Both the position numbers and the translations under genes were made by a program. From the NCBI GenBank assembly GCA_010093605.1, contig MU004199.1:186001-250000 (forward strand): a stretch of DNA of 64,000 nt, written 5' to 3'. The notes under the pieces are model-generated. The model ran no database searches. It was given only the letters and a program-made list of their open reading frames with translations, and was not told the DNA's origin. The stretch is from Lophium mytilinum. Lineage: Eukaryota. Of the stretch, positions 35,303 through 49,917 are shown piece after piece. Positions within the stretch are counted from its first letter, which is position 1. Each line of letters starts with the position of its first letter.

Positions 35303-36274
35303 CTACCACCCCCTCCCAAACACCTCTTTCTCCCCCTCATCCCCCGCAACCGCCTCCACCGTCCACGCCCACAAATCCTCCTGCTTCGCCACCACCAAAC
35401 TCTCCTTCGAACTCTCCAACTTCTCCCCCGCATTCTGAAAATACACCCCCTCCCCCTCCTCCACAACCTTCCCCACCAACCCCGCCAAATTCCTCCCCGA
35501 CTCCTCCTGCGTATGCACATCCTTACTCACCAACAACCTGAACAACGGTATTAACTTCGGCAAGACGCTCTTCCACACCCACACCTGCCACCCCGGCGCC
35601 TCCCGCGCCAACCCCGTCCCCGGCATCAGCCCCGGGTTAAACACCAACACGCTCTTCCGCTGCCCCTCCGGCGCCTTCTCCATCCGTCGCTGCAGCGCGT
35701 ACGCCCACAACAGGTTGCACAGCTTACTCGTGCCGTAGCGCTGGCGGCCGTTGCCGGTCAGCGCAACGGCTTTGTTTTCCGGCGGCGGGTGCGCGAGCTG
35801 CTCCGCGGTGGCGTAGTACGCGTCCGGCAGCCCCGTCTTCGCGGCGGGGGAGTGCGTCTGGCTGCCGACGAGGATGATGCGTGCGGTTGGGGCGAGGTGG
35901 CCGCCGGCGAGGAGGCGGTGGTAGAGGTGGGCGTTGCCGAGGTGGTTGATGGCGAAGGTGGATTCGTAGCCGTCCGGGGAGAAAGAGGGGGGGCCGAGGA
36001 ATTGGAGGCCGGCGTTGAGGATTAGAGTGGAGATTGGGGGGTAGGAGGAGGTGGACCAGGTGGCGACGAAGGCGCGGACGGTGGCGATGGAGGAGAGGTC
36101 GAGGGGGAGGTATTTGGTGTGGGGAGAGGGGAGGCGGCCGGTAGGAGCGCTGCGGGAGGCGAGGATGAGGAGGGTGGTTGGGGGGAGGGTGCGGGCGAGG
36201 GAGAGGGCGGTTTGCCAGCCGAGGCCGGAGGTGCCGCCGGTGATCAGGATGGTGGTGGTGTAGGTGGTGGGCAT
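35303..36274 (-). CDS. Short-chain dehydrogenase/reductase
   Basis: ILITGGTSGLG, LILNAG, FAINHLG, YGTSK (YxxxK), NPGLMPGTGLAR. Confidence 0.9.
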   Translation of the reverse strand: MPTTYTTTILITGGTSGLGWQTALSLARTLPPTTLLILASRSAPTGRLPSPHTKYLPLDLSSIATVRAFVATWSTSSYPPISTLILNAGLQFLGPPSFSPDGYESTFAINHLGNAHLYHRLLAGGHLAPTARIILVGSQTHSPAAKTGLPDAYYATAEQLAHPPPENKAVALTGNGRQRYGTSKLCNLLWAYALQRRMEKAPEGQRKSVLVFNPGLMPGTGLAREAPGWQVWVWKSVLPKLIPLFRLLVSKDVHTQEESGRNLAGLVGKVVEEGEGVYFQNAGEKLESSKESLVVAKQEDLWAWTVEAVAGDEGEKEVFGRGW

Positions 36275-37265
36275 GGCTGAACTAGGTGGTTGAGTGATGA
36301 GTAGTTGAGAGGAGATTCGAGATCTAGAAATCGGGAGGGATAGGTAGTTGATGTTATGAGCTGAGAAAACGCTCCGGAATTGTTCAATCGAGTGGTCGTA
36401 AGGAGGAGGATTGTGGTTGATATCCAAACGTGAAGGCTGCTAAGCTGCATATATATCCTCGCCCAATTTACTCATTCCACCTTGTTTCGTCCACTGTGCG
36501 GCATTCAAACCGTCCGTACGCTCTGGTAAATCTTCTTTGGCCCATTCCGTTTCCGGCGATACTCACGACGTTACTGTCCCCGAGGCAAGAACCCGGGATG
36601 ACATGGTCGCGTATGGGTGGTTGTGATTGGCCTATACCCCTGAGCGCGGACGAACCGAGTCCTAGCGGCTAGCGATTTCCGTGATATTTTGATCACGAAG
36701 CGGAGGAACTGGGCTTGGCGAGCCTCACCACCCAGTCAGACTTGAGGCATGGGAAATCGTGGGACACCTTCGACGACATGAGAGTTTTCTTTGAATTTTG
36801 TAAGGGGAAGTTTTGAAAGGACTTAGTTGCTGGTGGATGTGCTTTTGGAGCGTTTGACGGAGGTGGAGATGGATTGGATGTAATCAAGGGTCACGTGACG
36901 CTCGCTGAGGAAGTGATGATCATGGACGAGCGAGGGCGGCAGGGAGAATGAAATTCATCTGAGTGTTAGATAGATGAGAGAGCTACAATGTAGATGGTGA
37001 TTGGGATGGATTTACATATTGAACTAATTGCTTCGCCAAGTGAATACCTCTTTGGGGTCTTTCAACCCTCCAGATCTGTAAAAATTTTCTTAGGGTATAT
37101 GGCCATTGTGAGCATGTCATAGAACATCAGGTCAACGCCGATACCCCGTTCAAAACAGTGCTCACAGTCCTGAGAGCAGTGTTTACCGCGATATGTCCTT
37201 CCCAGTCCCGTCCTATTCTCCCCTCAGCCCATCCTTCATTCACATCCTCTGTCTCGAGATCTGCT

Positions 37266-38470
37266 TCACTGGTATCTAGTACCTCGCACACTGGCCCCCG
37301 CCCTTACCATTCTTAACAACCTGAACTGACCCGCACAATTGAGCTTCAACTCCCAGCAGAGTTCGTACGAGACGGCGATGTTGTAGGTCTTGAAAGACGG
37401 TACTAGAGGGCGCTGCTTGAACAGCTCTCCAGGCGCGCGTGCACAGAGGGTACGGGCGATGTGTATGTTGAGGAGGTCGGTCAAGTCGAGAAGGGTGTGC
37501 GCGGGGATCATATGGCCCAACCTTGTGGACACGAGCTCGTATTCGAGCACTTTGTGGGGTTCGCTGAATGTAGACGGCGCGCGGATGTGGGTTGTCGACC
37601 GTAGGAAGAGGCGGAGATGTGTTAGCCGGATTTGTAGGGGGCCACCAGTGGACGCAGGGGTTGGTGTTGGTTCAATGTAGAGCGCGAAAAGAAGGGGCTT
37701 TGGGTGGTATAGCTGGATAATCATTAGGTGAGTTATATGGAGGTTGAAGGCGTATTGGGTTCGCTTCGAGGGGTGTAAGACGCGCTTGAGAGAAGGGAGG
37801 GTGGGGTAAGGGTTGTCGGCGTGTGACGGATGAAGCATGCTACTCCTGATAATGCAGTTCTGCTCGGTCGACCGCGTTTTGAAATCTTCAAGAGGCTCGC
37901 CCGTGGACATCGCTCTCAGAAACAGAATTTTTGTACACACCCTAGATGCCTTCGGTTTCCCTCCCTCAAAACCCACAACGCGGAGATAATTCTCAATATA
38001 CGCGTCTGCTTTAACGAACCCCAGATTTTTTCCGAAAGCCGTGCTGAAAGTCGTCGGCAGGCTGTGCTGCGTCATGTCACCTGCCGTAGCAAGGTAAGAA
38101 GGATATGAGGATGACACAGTCCACTCATCTCCATACTCTTGCCCCGCAGCTGGATATTTTGGAATCTAGATGGCGAATCTCCACGCGTGCTCTTCGGCCT
38201 TGCAGTCTACCTGCCCGATGTGTAGAGTTTGCTGGACGTCGAAAAGTACCCGGCGGCTGCGGTGTGAAGCGCTTTTTGTGCCATTGCTATGTGTTATCTT
38301 GGTTTTGGCGCGGCTGTACAGTCAGAGGCGAAAGGAATAGAAGAATGAGAGTTTTGAGAGATCAAGAACGATGAAGCCGGTTAGTGTGTCTCCCGCCACG
38401 AAGTATGACCGATCTGGCGCGTCATGAGGCCTGGGACGCTTTTCTGCGTTGTGCGACGCATGATTATGGA
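37266..38470 (-). pseudogene. Degenerate arrestin-like gene
   Basis: YFVAGDTLTGFI at the N-terminus and PSFKTYNIAVSYEL...LNCAG near the end, both typical of fungal arrestin-fold proteins; frames are broken and boundaries approximate. Confidence 0.45.
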
Positions 38471-39624
38471 TAAAGTAGGCGTCGTTCGACTGCCTGCAAA
38501 ATGGACTTAACAAAGGAAAGATGAGGTGTTACTCGAATAGATTATAATTATGAGGCAACGAGACTTATCCTTCCGATGTAAATGTAAAGCCTTTCAGACC
38601 TACGATAGCATTATAAAACAGCCCTGAACTGCTAGCAGTGGCTTTGAGCACTGCTAAACAATATCACTGCCCTGTTGTACCATGAAGTGTGCCGCAATCG
38701 ATCTTCCTTCCCAGCAGCGCATTCTTGTTGTGACTGGGGCGCAGCGACAGACCTCTAGCCCTCTGTGATTCGCCCGAAGCATGAAACCGGGATTGTATGG
38801 ACCTCTGCGCCTGTACCTGCCTGCAACACCAAGAGCACAGCCGTGTAGATTGTTTTCAGGGATCGATATGGACGTAGGAGGCGGAGGAGCTGTTCGGGAG
38901 GGAGGATTGGCGTCTTCTCTGCGGCCCGGCATCGTGGTCTAGGGTCCCTAGGCTCTATCAGTTCCATGGAAGTCAGTGACGGCCGTCAGGCCATGGTAGA
39001 GAGCCTTTTGGACAGATTCGAGCATGTCAAAAGCTGCCAGTGGTGTCTTGAATGCTGGAATGGGGTCAAACTGTGGTTGAAGGAAGCTTGAAGGCGTCGG
39101 GAGCCAGCTAGAACGGAAAGGCTTTCCCGTGGTCTAGAGCCAGCGGGGAAGCGGCCCTGAGAACTAAACCGCAACGCTGCCTTTTGCCTATTGCATCACC
39201 ATTTACCATCCATTGTGTCTCCAGCAACATGCCGGCACGCTTTTCTTGTAATACGGATATATGCCTGATCTTAGACGAGCCATCCCGAGAACCCTGCGGC
39301 TTGGCAATGGTCTATAATTAGTGGTAATAGAGGCCTGGAGGTGGCCTTTAGCGCTCAAGCTTCAACTCTCCCACATCGCACAACACATCCTACCGTCCCT
39401 AGCAATGATTGTGAAGTGAAGGCTGCCACTTCTACTGCGTGCTCGACGCTCGCTTGTTCCCATTCCTTCTACCGTCCTCCTCCCGCCTCCCTAGGTCGTT
39501 CATTAGCAACACTCATTCGTGCTGATGCTGATGTGTGCGATTCTTCACGACATTTGTTTCAGCGCTCTGTTCTGCTCTTGTATTTCTTCAAGACTATAGC
39601 CGTACGATCCTTACAATCTCAGCC

Positions 39625-41524
<1,900 letters not shown>

Positions 41525-42111
41525 GGGGCTTGAGGGCGTTCTTGGGGGTTTTGGGGGATATAGAGGGGTGCCTTTTGGGGGTGCCTGTTTGTGTATATAT
41601 CTCACCCGAAAGGATCGGAATGGCATGAGTTTATGGATTGGACACGTTCTGTGTGCTCGCTGCGCTCATTGATGAGTTCGTGAGACGCCCCTGGCCTATT
41701 GAGAGAAGCTAGTAGCAAGACGCAAAGGATTAGAGACTGTGAATTAGATTCGTGGTTGGTAACATCCCCGCAGCTGTGAATTGCAGCAACTCCGTACAAG
41801 GTTTGGAGGTGCTGACGGCCTCGTGAGCTACCTCATAACGTTCAAAAGTAGCTACGACTACGACGTCAAGGTCTCGAGCGTGTGAATCAAGGGGGTTAGG
41901 AAAAAGCCCTCCTAGATATGCAGACCCAGCACACAAAGCCCTAAAACCATACGAGCAACATATTTCTTCATTTTCTTTTGGGTAATGCAGAGCAACCTCA
42001 ATGCGATTGCGGGTTGTTGGTTGTTGGTTGTTGGTATAGTATATACAAGAAGCCCCATCCCCAACCTCCCTTCCTCCCCTTCTCTTCACACTGCACACCT
42101 CAACCCCCATT

Positions 42112-43337
42112 CTAAGCAGACACGCAGTAGCTATACCCCAGCCACAGATTCGAGCAATCGCTCTTCAGCCCCGTATTCCACTTCTCCAAATTCGCCATGC
42201 TAACGCCGAACTTATTCTCCAGCGTCGTGCACACGTTCCCGTTCGAAATGGTGTACCACCCCTTACACGCGCTGCTCGCACCGGGCGCCTTCTGCGCGCT
42301 GGGGGACTTGTCGCCGACCTGCTTCGTCGTTGGGGTAGTGGGCTTCGGGGTAGTGGGCTTTGGGGTCGGCGTGACCTTCGGCGTCGAAACCGGGGTGACT
42401 TTAGGCGTTGTGGGAGTCGTCGGGGTGGTGGGAGTAGTGGTGTCGTCTCCACCGCTTACAGCTTGGCCAGTGACGCTGCCGATGGTCGCTTCAACGCAGC
42501 CGTGCGGCGCCGACACCCACCCCGTCAGGCGGTTCGCGACGTCCGAGACGTAGCAGTGCGTCGCGATGCCCGCGCCGAGGTTGCCGGAGCTGTCGATCGA
42601 GCCCGAGTTGTACAGCCGCGCGCCCTTGTAGTACTTGCTCACGTCGCTCGCGCCGCTGCGGGCGATGGTCTGCTTGAGGCCCTCGCCGGCCGTCGTGCCG
42701 GCGGCGCCGTCGCGGATCATCTGGGTGATGGTGGAGGCGGGGCAGGGGTTCTGCACGCCGTTCTCGTTGCAGGTGGCGGCGCCGTCGTGGTCTTGCATGA
42801 GGCCCGGGTTGCGGACGCCCCAGTTGGTCGTGGGGACGCGCACGCAGCCGTTGGATTCTTGCATCAGGATGGCGAGGAGGTAGCGGGCGTCGATGCCGGT
42901 TTCGGCGGAGACGGTCTTGAGGCCGTCGTGGATGGCGGTGATTTCGGTGGGGGAGGTGTTGGCGACGTTCCATTGGGTGCAGGAGGAGGACATGATGGGT
43001 TTTTGGGCGGAGAACCTGGGGGTTTGTTAGGATGGTGGATAGATGGGTGGGGAGGTAGGGGTAGGGGTATAATATGATAGAGCGTATGAATGATATAGAC
43101 GTACATTGTTTCGAAGTCGGCGACCCAAGCACTCTGTGCCGGCCACCCGTTGGAGACTGCGCCAGTTCCCCCATAGACTTTGTAAACATCCCCGCTGCGT
43201 TTTTCGACAAGATGATGGGCAGCGGTCGCAACAGTATCAATCGCATTTCGAACATTGAGAGCAAACTTGGGGAGCGGAGCCCCAGAGACAAGAGTGGACA
43301 GGCTGCCAGCAGCCAAGATAAAGGATAGGACGAGCAT
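42112..43337 (-). CDS. Secreted lysozyme/transglycosylase-like protein with Thr/Pro linker and C-terminal LysM domain
   Basis: Signal peptide MLVLSFILAAG; GIDARYLLAILMQESNG, NPGLMQ and ARLYNSG (SLT-like motifs); LysM YTISNGNVC...KWNTGLKSDCSNLWLGYSYCV; one intron ~43104-43015. Confidence 0.85.
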
Positions 43338-46300
43338 GATGACTATGATCAAGCTCAAGGGGTATCAAAAAAGAGTGACGGGTGCCGAAGCGGAGCGAAC
43401 GAAGGAATGAATGACTGAATGCGACTTGCTTACCAGAGTGAAGAGAGAAGTCCCCAAGGGGGTGCGACGAGGCTCTTATACATCTTTCGGCTGAAGGGCT
43501 GCTGTATGGCTGTATGGAAGACGGCGTTAGACTACTGCTTCTGGCCGTGATCACCCCTGACCTGACCGTGTGCCTGGCCTAGGAACCTTTAGCTACCTGC
43601 CCGTCATGCGCCTCGACCGTCGAGGTAACCATTCAGACGGCAGACTAAGCGGGGAGACAGGTACAGGGAGGGCTGAAGGGGGGGAAGTAGGCGCATGGAT
43701 CTCGCGGATGATCGACTCAGGTTGGAGCTGCGAGGTTGCAATTGGCAGGCTGTGTTCGCTGCTAGGCAGGGCGCGGCCGGCCCGCGTAGTATAGCGACAC
43801 CATACACTGATCATGGAGGAGCGCGTGCTTCGGGGACTCAGGGTTGCAGCGACTCGAAACAAGTGCTGCTGGTCGCTGACAGGAGGCGGCGAGGCTCCGC
43901 CAGGTACCAGAAGCCGGGAGACGCGACCCCACGTTCTGCGCCGACGCCACAGCTAGGCCCATCTCAGTGTCCTCTCAGGCGGTGGGAGGAAGCAGATGCT
44001 GGGTAACGGCTGCGGTTGGATGCCACCTCGCGCGGCCCGGAGATGCTTTCACACGAGACGAAGGATGGGTGCTGTGATTCGACCACCGCTTGATGCTCCC
44101 TCGCTCCTGCACGCTGTGTTTCCCCGAGCTTAAAATGTGATGCTTAAAACTTTCTTCGCAGGACCCACCGGTCTGAGCGCTTCGGCACGTCTTGCTGCAG
44201 GTGCTTGAACTGTTCGCGCCGCGGTGGAGAAGAAAACCTGCGGTCAAGGAGAGGGCCTGGAGCAACACCCCGTCGTATGCCACCCCAACACACCACTGTG
44301 AGGAATGCACCGAGTCGCACCGTGTGATCCAAGACCTCTGCGCGTTGGCAGCTGAGACAGGCCGTGCCTAGAGCTCTTCCGGATCGTCAGCTTTCTTGGG
44401 TGCCCAAACCAGCACCACAGCCACACCGCCACAGCACCCCAACCCACAAAACCCTTTCCTACAGCCGTGCCCGCCTCGTCCTCCCCGAGATCTCGTAACC
44501 CGCCAAATCCGACTGACAGCAAGCGCCATCTTGGCATGTACGTACTCAGATGTCCCCGCCGGGCCCCTCCACCACCAACCCAAAAAGCACAACCTCAATC
44601 TATGCGCGGCCGCTTGCCCCCGACGTCGCCCTTCGCGCCACCACACTGTACCTGCATCGGCGTCGCGCCGGATCGTCCTCGGCCGCCCCTCGCCGCCGTA
44701 TGTGCTCGCTGGCGCGACGATTGGGTGGTATGGTGTTTCAAGGAAAACGAGCCGGCGTCTCGCGTCGGCTAAGTAGCCCGAAGCAGCAGGTCATCTGGAG
44801 GCGGGCGGCGAATCAGGTGCGCGAGCGAGATGGATGCTGGGAAGGGGTGCGTTGAGCCGGGCGAGCCATGAAACACATATCGCTGGCCCCGGCCCGTCGT
44901 GTCTTGAAGGGTTTTGAGGGGGGAGGGAAGGTGTTGGCGTGATCAGCGGGAGCTTGCCCACGTCCACCCGCCCAGGGTTTGTCATCTGCACATCGCGGTG
45001 GGTGGTTCGTGTGCGCCTGGTGTTTCGCGACTGGCACTGGCATGACCTCTGCACTTCTGTCTGGAGATCTTCGGGTCAATTGTGCGATTCGTGATTTGAA
45101 ACTGACCTGATTGCCACACTCTACCTGGGTAGTTAGGTAGGCATCCTCGGTCTCCGGGCCATTTGTGCTCTTCCATCTACTCAAGAACAACTCGGCATGC
45201 CTACTGTCATCCATTAGATGGGTTCCAGCCCCATTGTACAGGACTAACCCGAAGCCCTGTTCTACAAAAGATCATGCGAACCCCAGCTTTTTCCGTTCTC
45301 GTCCAGTTCTAGAATCCTTCCAGAGAGCACAACTCAAAGCTACTTTCTATAGCCACATCACTCTAAAACCAACAGTATCTTTCTACAAATCGGGAACTTC
45401 CTTCATGTTCGCCCCTTAGACTATTCGCATCCATCATCCAACAACCCGCAATCCCTCACGATCCAACATTCAAGCATCAACCTCTCAGGCCCCCTCCCTC
45501 CCTGCATCTGACAGGTGTCAGGCTGTCATCTGCGATCTAGTGGCACGTTTCCGGTGCTTCGTGTGCGGTTTCGCTGTGACACCTGGCACTGGCTAGATCT
45601 GAGTAGTTGTGGTAGGGTTGGGTTGGTATTAGCACGTGATCCTATATATGAATTGATCTATCTTAACTTCATTTTCGGTTCTTTTTCTTAGAGTATGGTG
45701 CCATCTTCTGCCGCTATTTGGGCCATTGCTAGGGCTATCAAGGCTTTGGAGGAAGTTTAGGTATGATGTTTTGAACGGGTAGTTCACTCGCTAACACGTG
45801 ATCATTTCCCCGCTCTGCTAGCGACTCAGAGTTGGTCAAAATTATGTAGCCACTCATCTTGGCTATACTTTTGATCTGTCAGGTTACTGGCCTTGCAACC
45901 GCCATTTGTAAATGGGATCTTGAGGTTGAAAATTGCTTCTGGAATATTTCAGTGACGGTTGGTCTGTGCGTTGGATTGCCTCACACTTCGTCGTTTCCCA
46001 CAACTCTCCCGTCTCTTTTCATCCCACGCGCATCATACTCATCATGGAAATGATGGGTACCGCTGTTACTGTGACCCCTCCAGCGGTTCTGGCTCCTCGT
46101 ATTTTAGGAGTGTCAGGGAAGCGTAGTTCCTGTTCACTCGGGCGCTTTGTTGGTAGGGGAGAAAGCTCTTTTGCTATGTCCATTCATCTCAGCGACATCA
46201 CTTTCATCGGTCTTCCATTTCAAAATCATTTCATGAAGTTCTTGCCCTATCTGGGCCGTACCACGAGCGTCTCAAACCTACGTTGCGCTGCTTTTCCATG

Positions 46301-46582
46301 CGCAAATGTCTGAACCAGTGTCTAAGATGTTTCTGGTGGATGCATAACTGTCCGAGTTCCGCTGGACCTGGTAGGGCAAATGAAATTAGCTGCGGAAAGT
46401 ATGTTGTGGTACAAATCAACGTCTATTGGGTCTACGAAGTCAATTTAACTATCATGATGTCGTCAAGAACCATTCTTCCTATCGATACTTCGCTCTAACT
46501 TGCAGCCTAGGATATTTTGCCCCACGCTTTACAGGCCGGTCCCTTGCTCGACCTCCAATGCTCGGACAGATCACTCCTCCTG

Positions 46583-49500
46583 CTACTCGTCTGCGGACTC
46601 CTGGCTTTCTCCGGTCGAAGCTCGCGAGCTTGGAGATGAGTCTTCGCCCTCAGATTCCTCATGGCCCGACGACTCATCCATTCCGTCCACAGATCCGTTC
46701 CTGGCGCCTACAAGACCGGCCTCGATGTCGGGATCCATCAAGGCAACGTTAGCCCTGTGCATGGTATCATCGATTCCTTCTTCCGAGTCTTCGCTGGTCG
46801 CACCACCCTCGTCCGGCGCCCAATGCACGGCCGTATCTTCGTCTAATCGACGGTTCAGCTCATGCATCTTTGCTAAGCACTGTTCACCTAGCACTTTGAA
46901 TTCTTCACTCCCTCCTCCGCACATCTCCAGCAGAGCTTTCTCGCAGCGTTTCATCCAATCGTCATCCACGTTGATTCCCTTTCGAGCGTGCAGCATGTTA
47001 AGGAGATTCGGAGTGCCTTGGTAAAGTATCGCCAGCAAGAACGTAACGTTGTCTTCCTGCAACACATGCGGGGCGAATTTCGCCAGACGAGTGCAGTATT
47101 GCCTGTATTTATTGAAGATGATGTCTTCGTCTAGCAAGATGTCTGCGGCTCCTTCAGCGTACTTATTGTCCTTTCCTCGGAGTGGATGGTCCCAAAGATG
47201 CTGTGCAACTTGGCTGCACTTGACAGCATTCTCCTCGTCATACGCGAGCGATTCATCACTGGGGGGATCCTTGGGCTTGTAGACAAGCGACATTTCATGG
47301 AAAGGTATATCGTAACCCGCCCAATCCACATCCTTCCCACTAGAACTGATCTTTTTGTAGGCGGACGAAATTGCCCTCTGGGTAGCCGGGCACTCTGCAT
47401 TCCCGTCCTGGAGTAGCTTGTGATGCACGATGTGGTCTTGTGTGGTTTCATCCTTGGCGAAAACGTATGAGTTATAACTCAGCTGTGGGTTCCAAACTTC
47501 GTCGTGTATGCATCGCTTGAGGATCCGTCTGAGGAGGCTGTCGTGCGGATTCGCTACGAACCCCTTGGGGACAGGAGGAGGTCGATTGGGGGTATCGCTT
47601 TTTCCTCCGACTCCTTTGCGGCCGACACCTGTCCTCTGAACTGTTTTCGCTCCCCCGGTCTTCCCTCCGCGATTCGCCGTTGCTGGACCTCCCCCATTGG
47701 CTTCATCGTCATCAGATGGCTCCTCACGCCCCCGATTCTTCGAAGCTGGAGCGCAGCCGCTGCGTCCGTTGGATTTTGACTTTTCTTTCTGCTTCTGTTC
47801 TCTTAAGTCAGCGGTATACTCATGTTGGAGATGCCCTCGTTCTTGACTATACTTGTACAACGTACCTTTGTTTTTGGCAGCGTGGACGCGGCTTCACCAC
47901 GTTTTCCCTTCAACCCTTCTCTTGCATTGATTTGCGCGGAACCCTCGTCTGGCCTATGGTTTCCAACGCGAGAAGGATGACTCGTCCTCTCTGCAAACAT
48001 ATTCGGCTCTTCGGCTCCGCTTATCTTGGGACCAACTCCATTCTTGGGATCACGATTACCGCCACGACGGAGTCCGAGATTAGCCTGGCCGTTATTCTTC
48101 TTGTGCTTCTTTGGCGGAGAATGTTCGATTTCGGAGGCATCTTCTTCATTGTCCTCAGCACGGACATGCTTGGCGGAGCGCTGGTTAATGGCCGTCCACG
48201 CTTGTCGAGGATTCCCTTCGTTGCGCCTTTCTGCTTGGGCGACTGGAGGTTCTTCGACATCATACATGAGTAAGTCTCTACTAGCGTCATCAGCATCTGT
48301 TTCACCGCCGCGGGCTTGACTTCTTGTATTCGATAGACGCCTGCTGGCGCCGGTTGGATTGTTTCGTGAACGGCCTTTGGGATCCGGCTTCCCAGCTATC
48401 TTCCTCTGCTTTCCTTGGGCGGTAGTTCCTCGTCCTGACTTCTCTTTGGATTGCTGATTCGCCTCTTCTCCACGGCCAGGATCTCCATTGTCGTCGTCCT
48501 TATCAGTGTCGTCGGAACAGTCGGAAGAGTATTCTTCTCCAATGTCACTGCCCACAGCAGCCAGTTTCCTCGCCTCCTCTAACTGCTTCCCGAACTTTTC
48601 AACAGAGAATTGCTGCTGCTCGAGAGTCGCTGCGCTATACCTTCCTCCCACCTCCATCTCATTGATCTTTTTCAGCGTCATTCTCATGTCCTTGTTCAAC
48701 CTAACACCACCCTCCTCCTTGTCATACAAATCGGCCTTATTGAGCAACACCTTACCATATATGGGATGCTTGTATGTGATGTGCCGGCTGAGATTGGCTT
48801 TCCAATTCCTCAACGCCGCATTGTCTTTAACATCTCTCTCGACGCCCCAAGAGTCCTTCCAGCGGATCAAATACTGTACTTCTTTCTTCGGCTTTCCGGT
48901 ATTGTGGTGTGGTACCATGACGGTGCGCTTTGCACGGATGGCGACGGGGTCGTTTTGGTGGTCACTGGTGAGAACGGGTGTGTGGTCCAAGAATCTATGG
49001 AGCTCGGATGGGATGTTATCGGGGGGAGGTTCGTCGTCCTGTTCTTCTTCTTGCTGCACGTTTTCGTCGTCGTCGGCAGCGGGGCCGGCAACTTGTTTGG
49101 TCGTGGCCCTCGTTGCGACTTTTGCTTTCGATCTGGTCGCTCTACCCTTACCCTTATCAACAGCTGCTGTCCTATTGCCGGCCGATGCTTCATCGTCAAC
49201 CGCTTCTTCTTCGTCGCCACGGCCTCCCTCTCTGTCAACGTCGCTTCTGAGCACTTTTCCACCAGATCGTTGTCCGGCCTTGCGTCGGTCACCAGCGGTC
49301 TTACGGCGGGTATCAGCAACGACATCGTCACCATCACCGTCTTCGATCACATCGTTGTCACCCTGCTCTACATCGCGGGAGGGTTCGGCAGCCTCGTCAT
49401 CGCCATCGCCCCTACCCCCGTCCTCAACTTCGGCTTCCGTGCGTCTGCCCCGGGCTGCCGGCTGCGCGGCAGCCGCTCGTTTCCGTATTGAGCGTGTTGT

Positions 49501-49917
49501 CGCCGTCCCCTTCTTCGTGCTGGTCAGTTTAAGCTTAGGCGTCGCTCTGCTTGCGTGAGCAGCATCGCTCCCACCGCCTGCATCGCTTTCGTTGTCGGAT
49601 CCGACGTCTGAGCGATCGTCGCCGGATGATAAAATTAGGCTCTGGGTGCCACGGCGGCTGGCCTCGCGGCTTGCTGCAGCAGGTGTTTTCTTCGTGCTCG
49701 CAGCTTTAGACTTGGCGACCACTGGAGCTGGATCTTCACCATCGTCGGATCCGCTCTTGTCCGATCCGTTGTCGCTCTCGTCACGCTGTGGAGGGGGCCC
49801 TGAGGTACTCAGAATCCGCTTCCTGGGCTCACGCGTTTTGCCTGTTTTGGTTGTTTTGGCTGGTTGGCTGGGGGTTGCAGGGAGCGGACGCTCCTGACCT
49901 TTCTTTCGGCTTGGCAT
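46583..49917 (-). CDS. Large (~1,090 aa) low-complexity hypothetical protein with a chromo-like motif
   Basis: ORFs of 704 and 425 aa are joined in frame by an intron (GTACGT at 47865, GCTGAC branch, CAG at 47795); contains KEVQYLIRWKDSWGVERDV. Confidence 0.7.

Noticed and set aside
36890..36899. Perfect GTCACGTGAC palindrome
   Set aside because: A single short site is common by chance, and there is no other support.
43560..45220. Many overlapping short ORFs
   Set aside because: GC-rich intergenic DNA with no protein-like signal.
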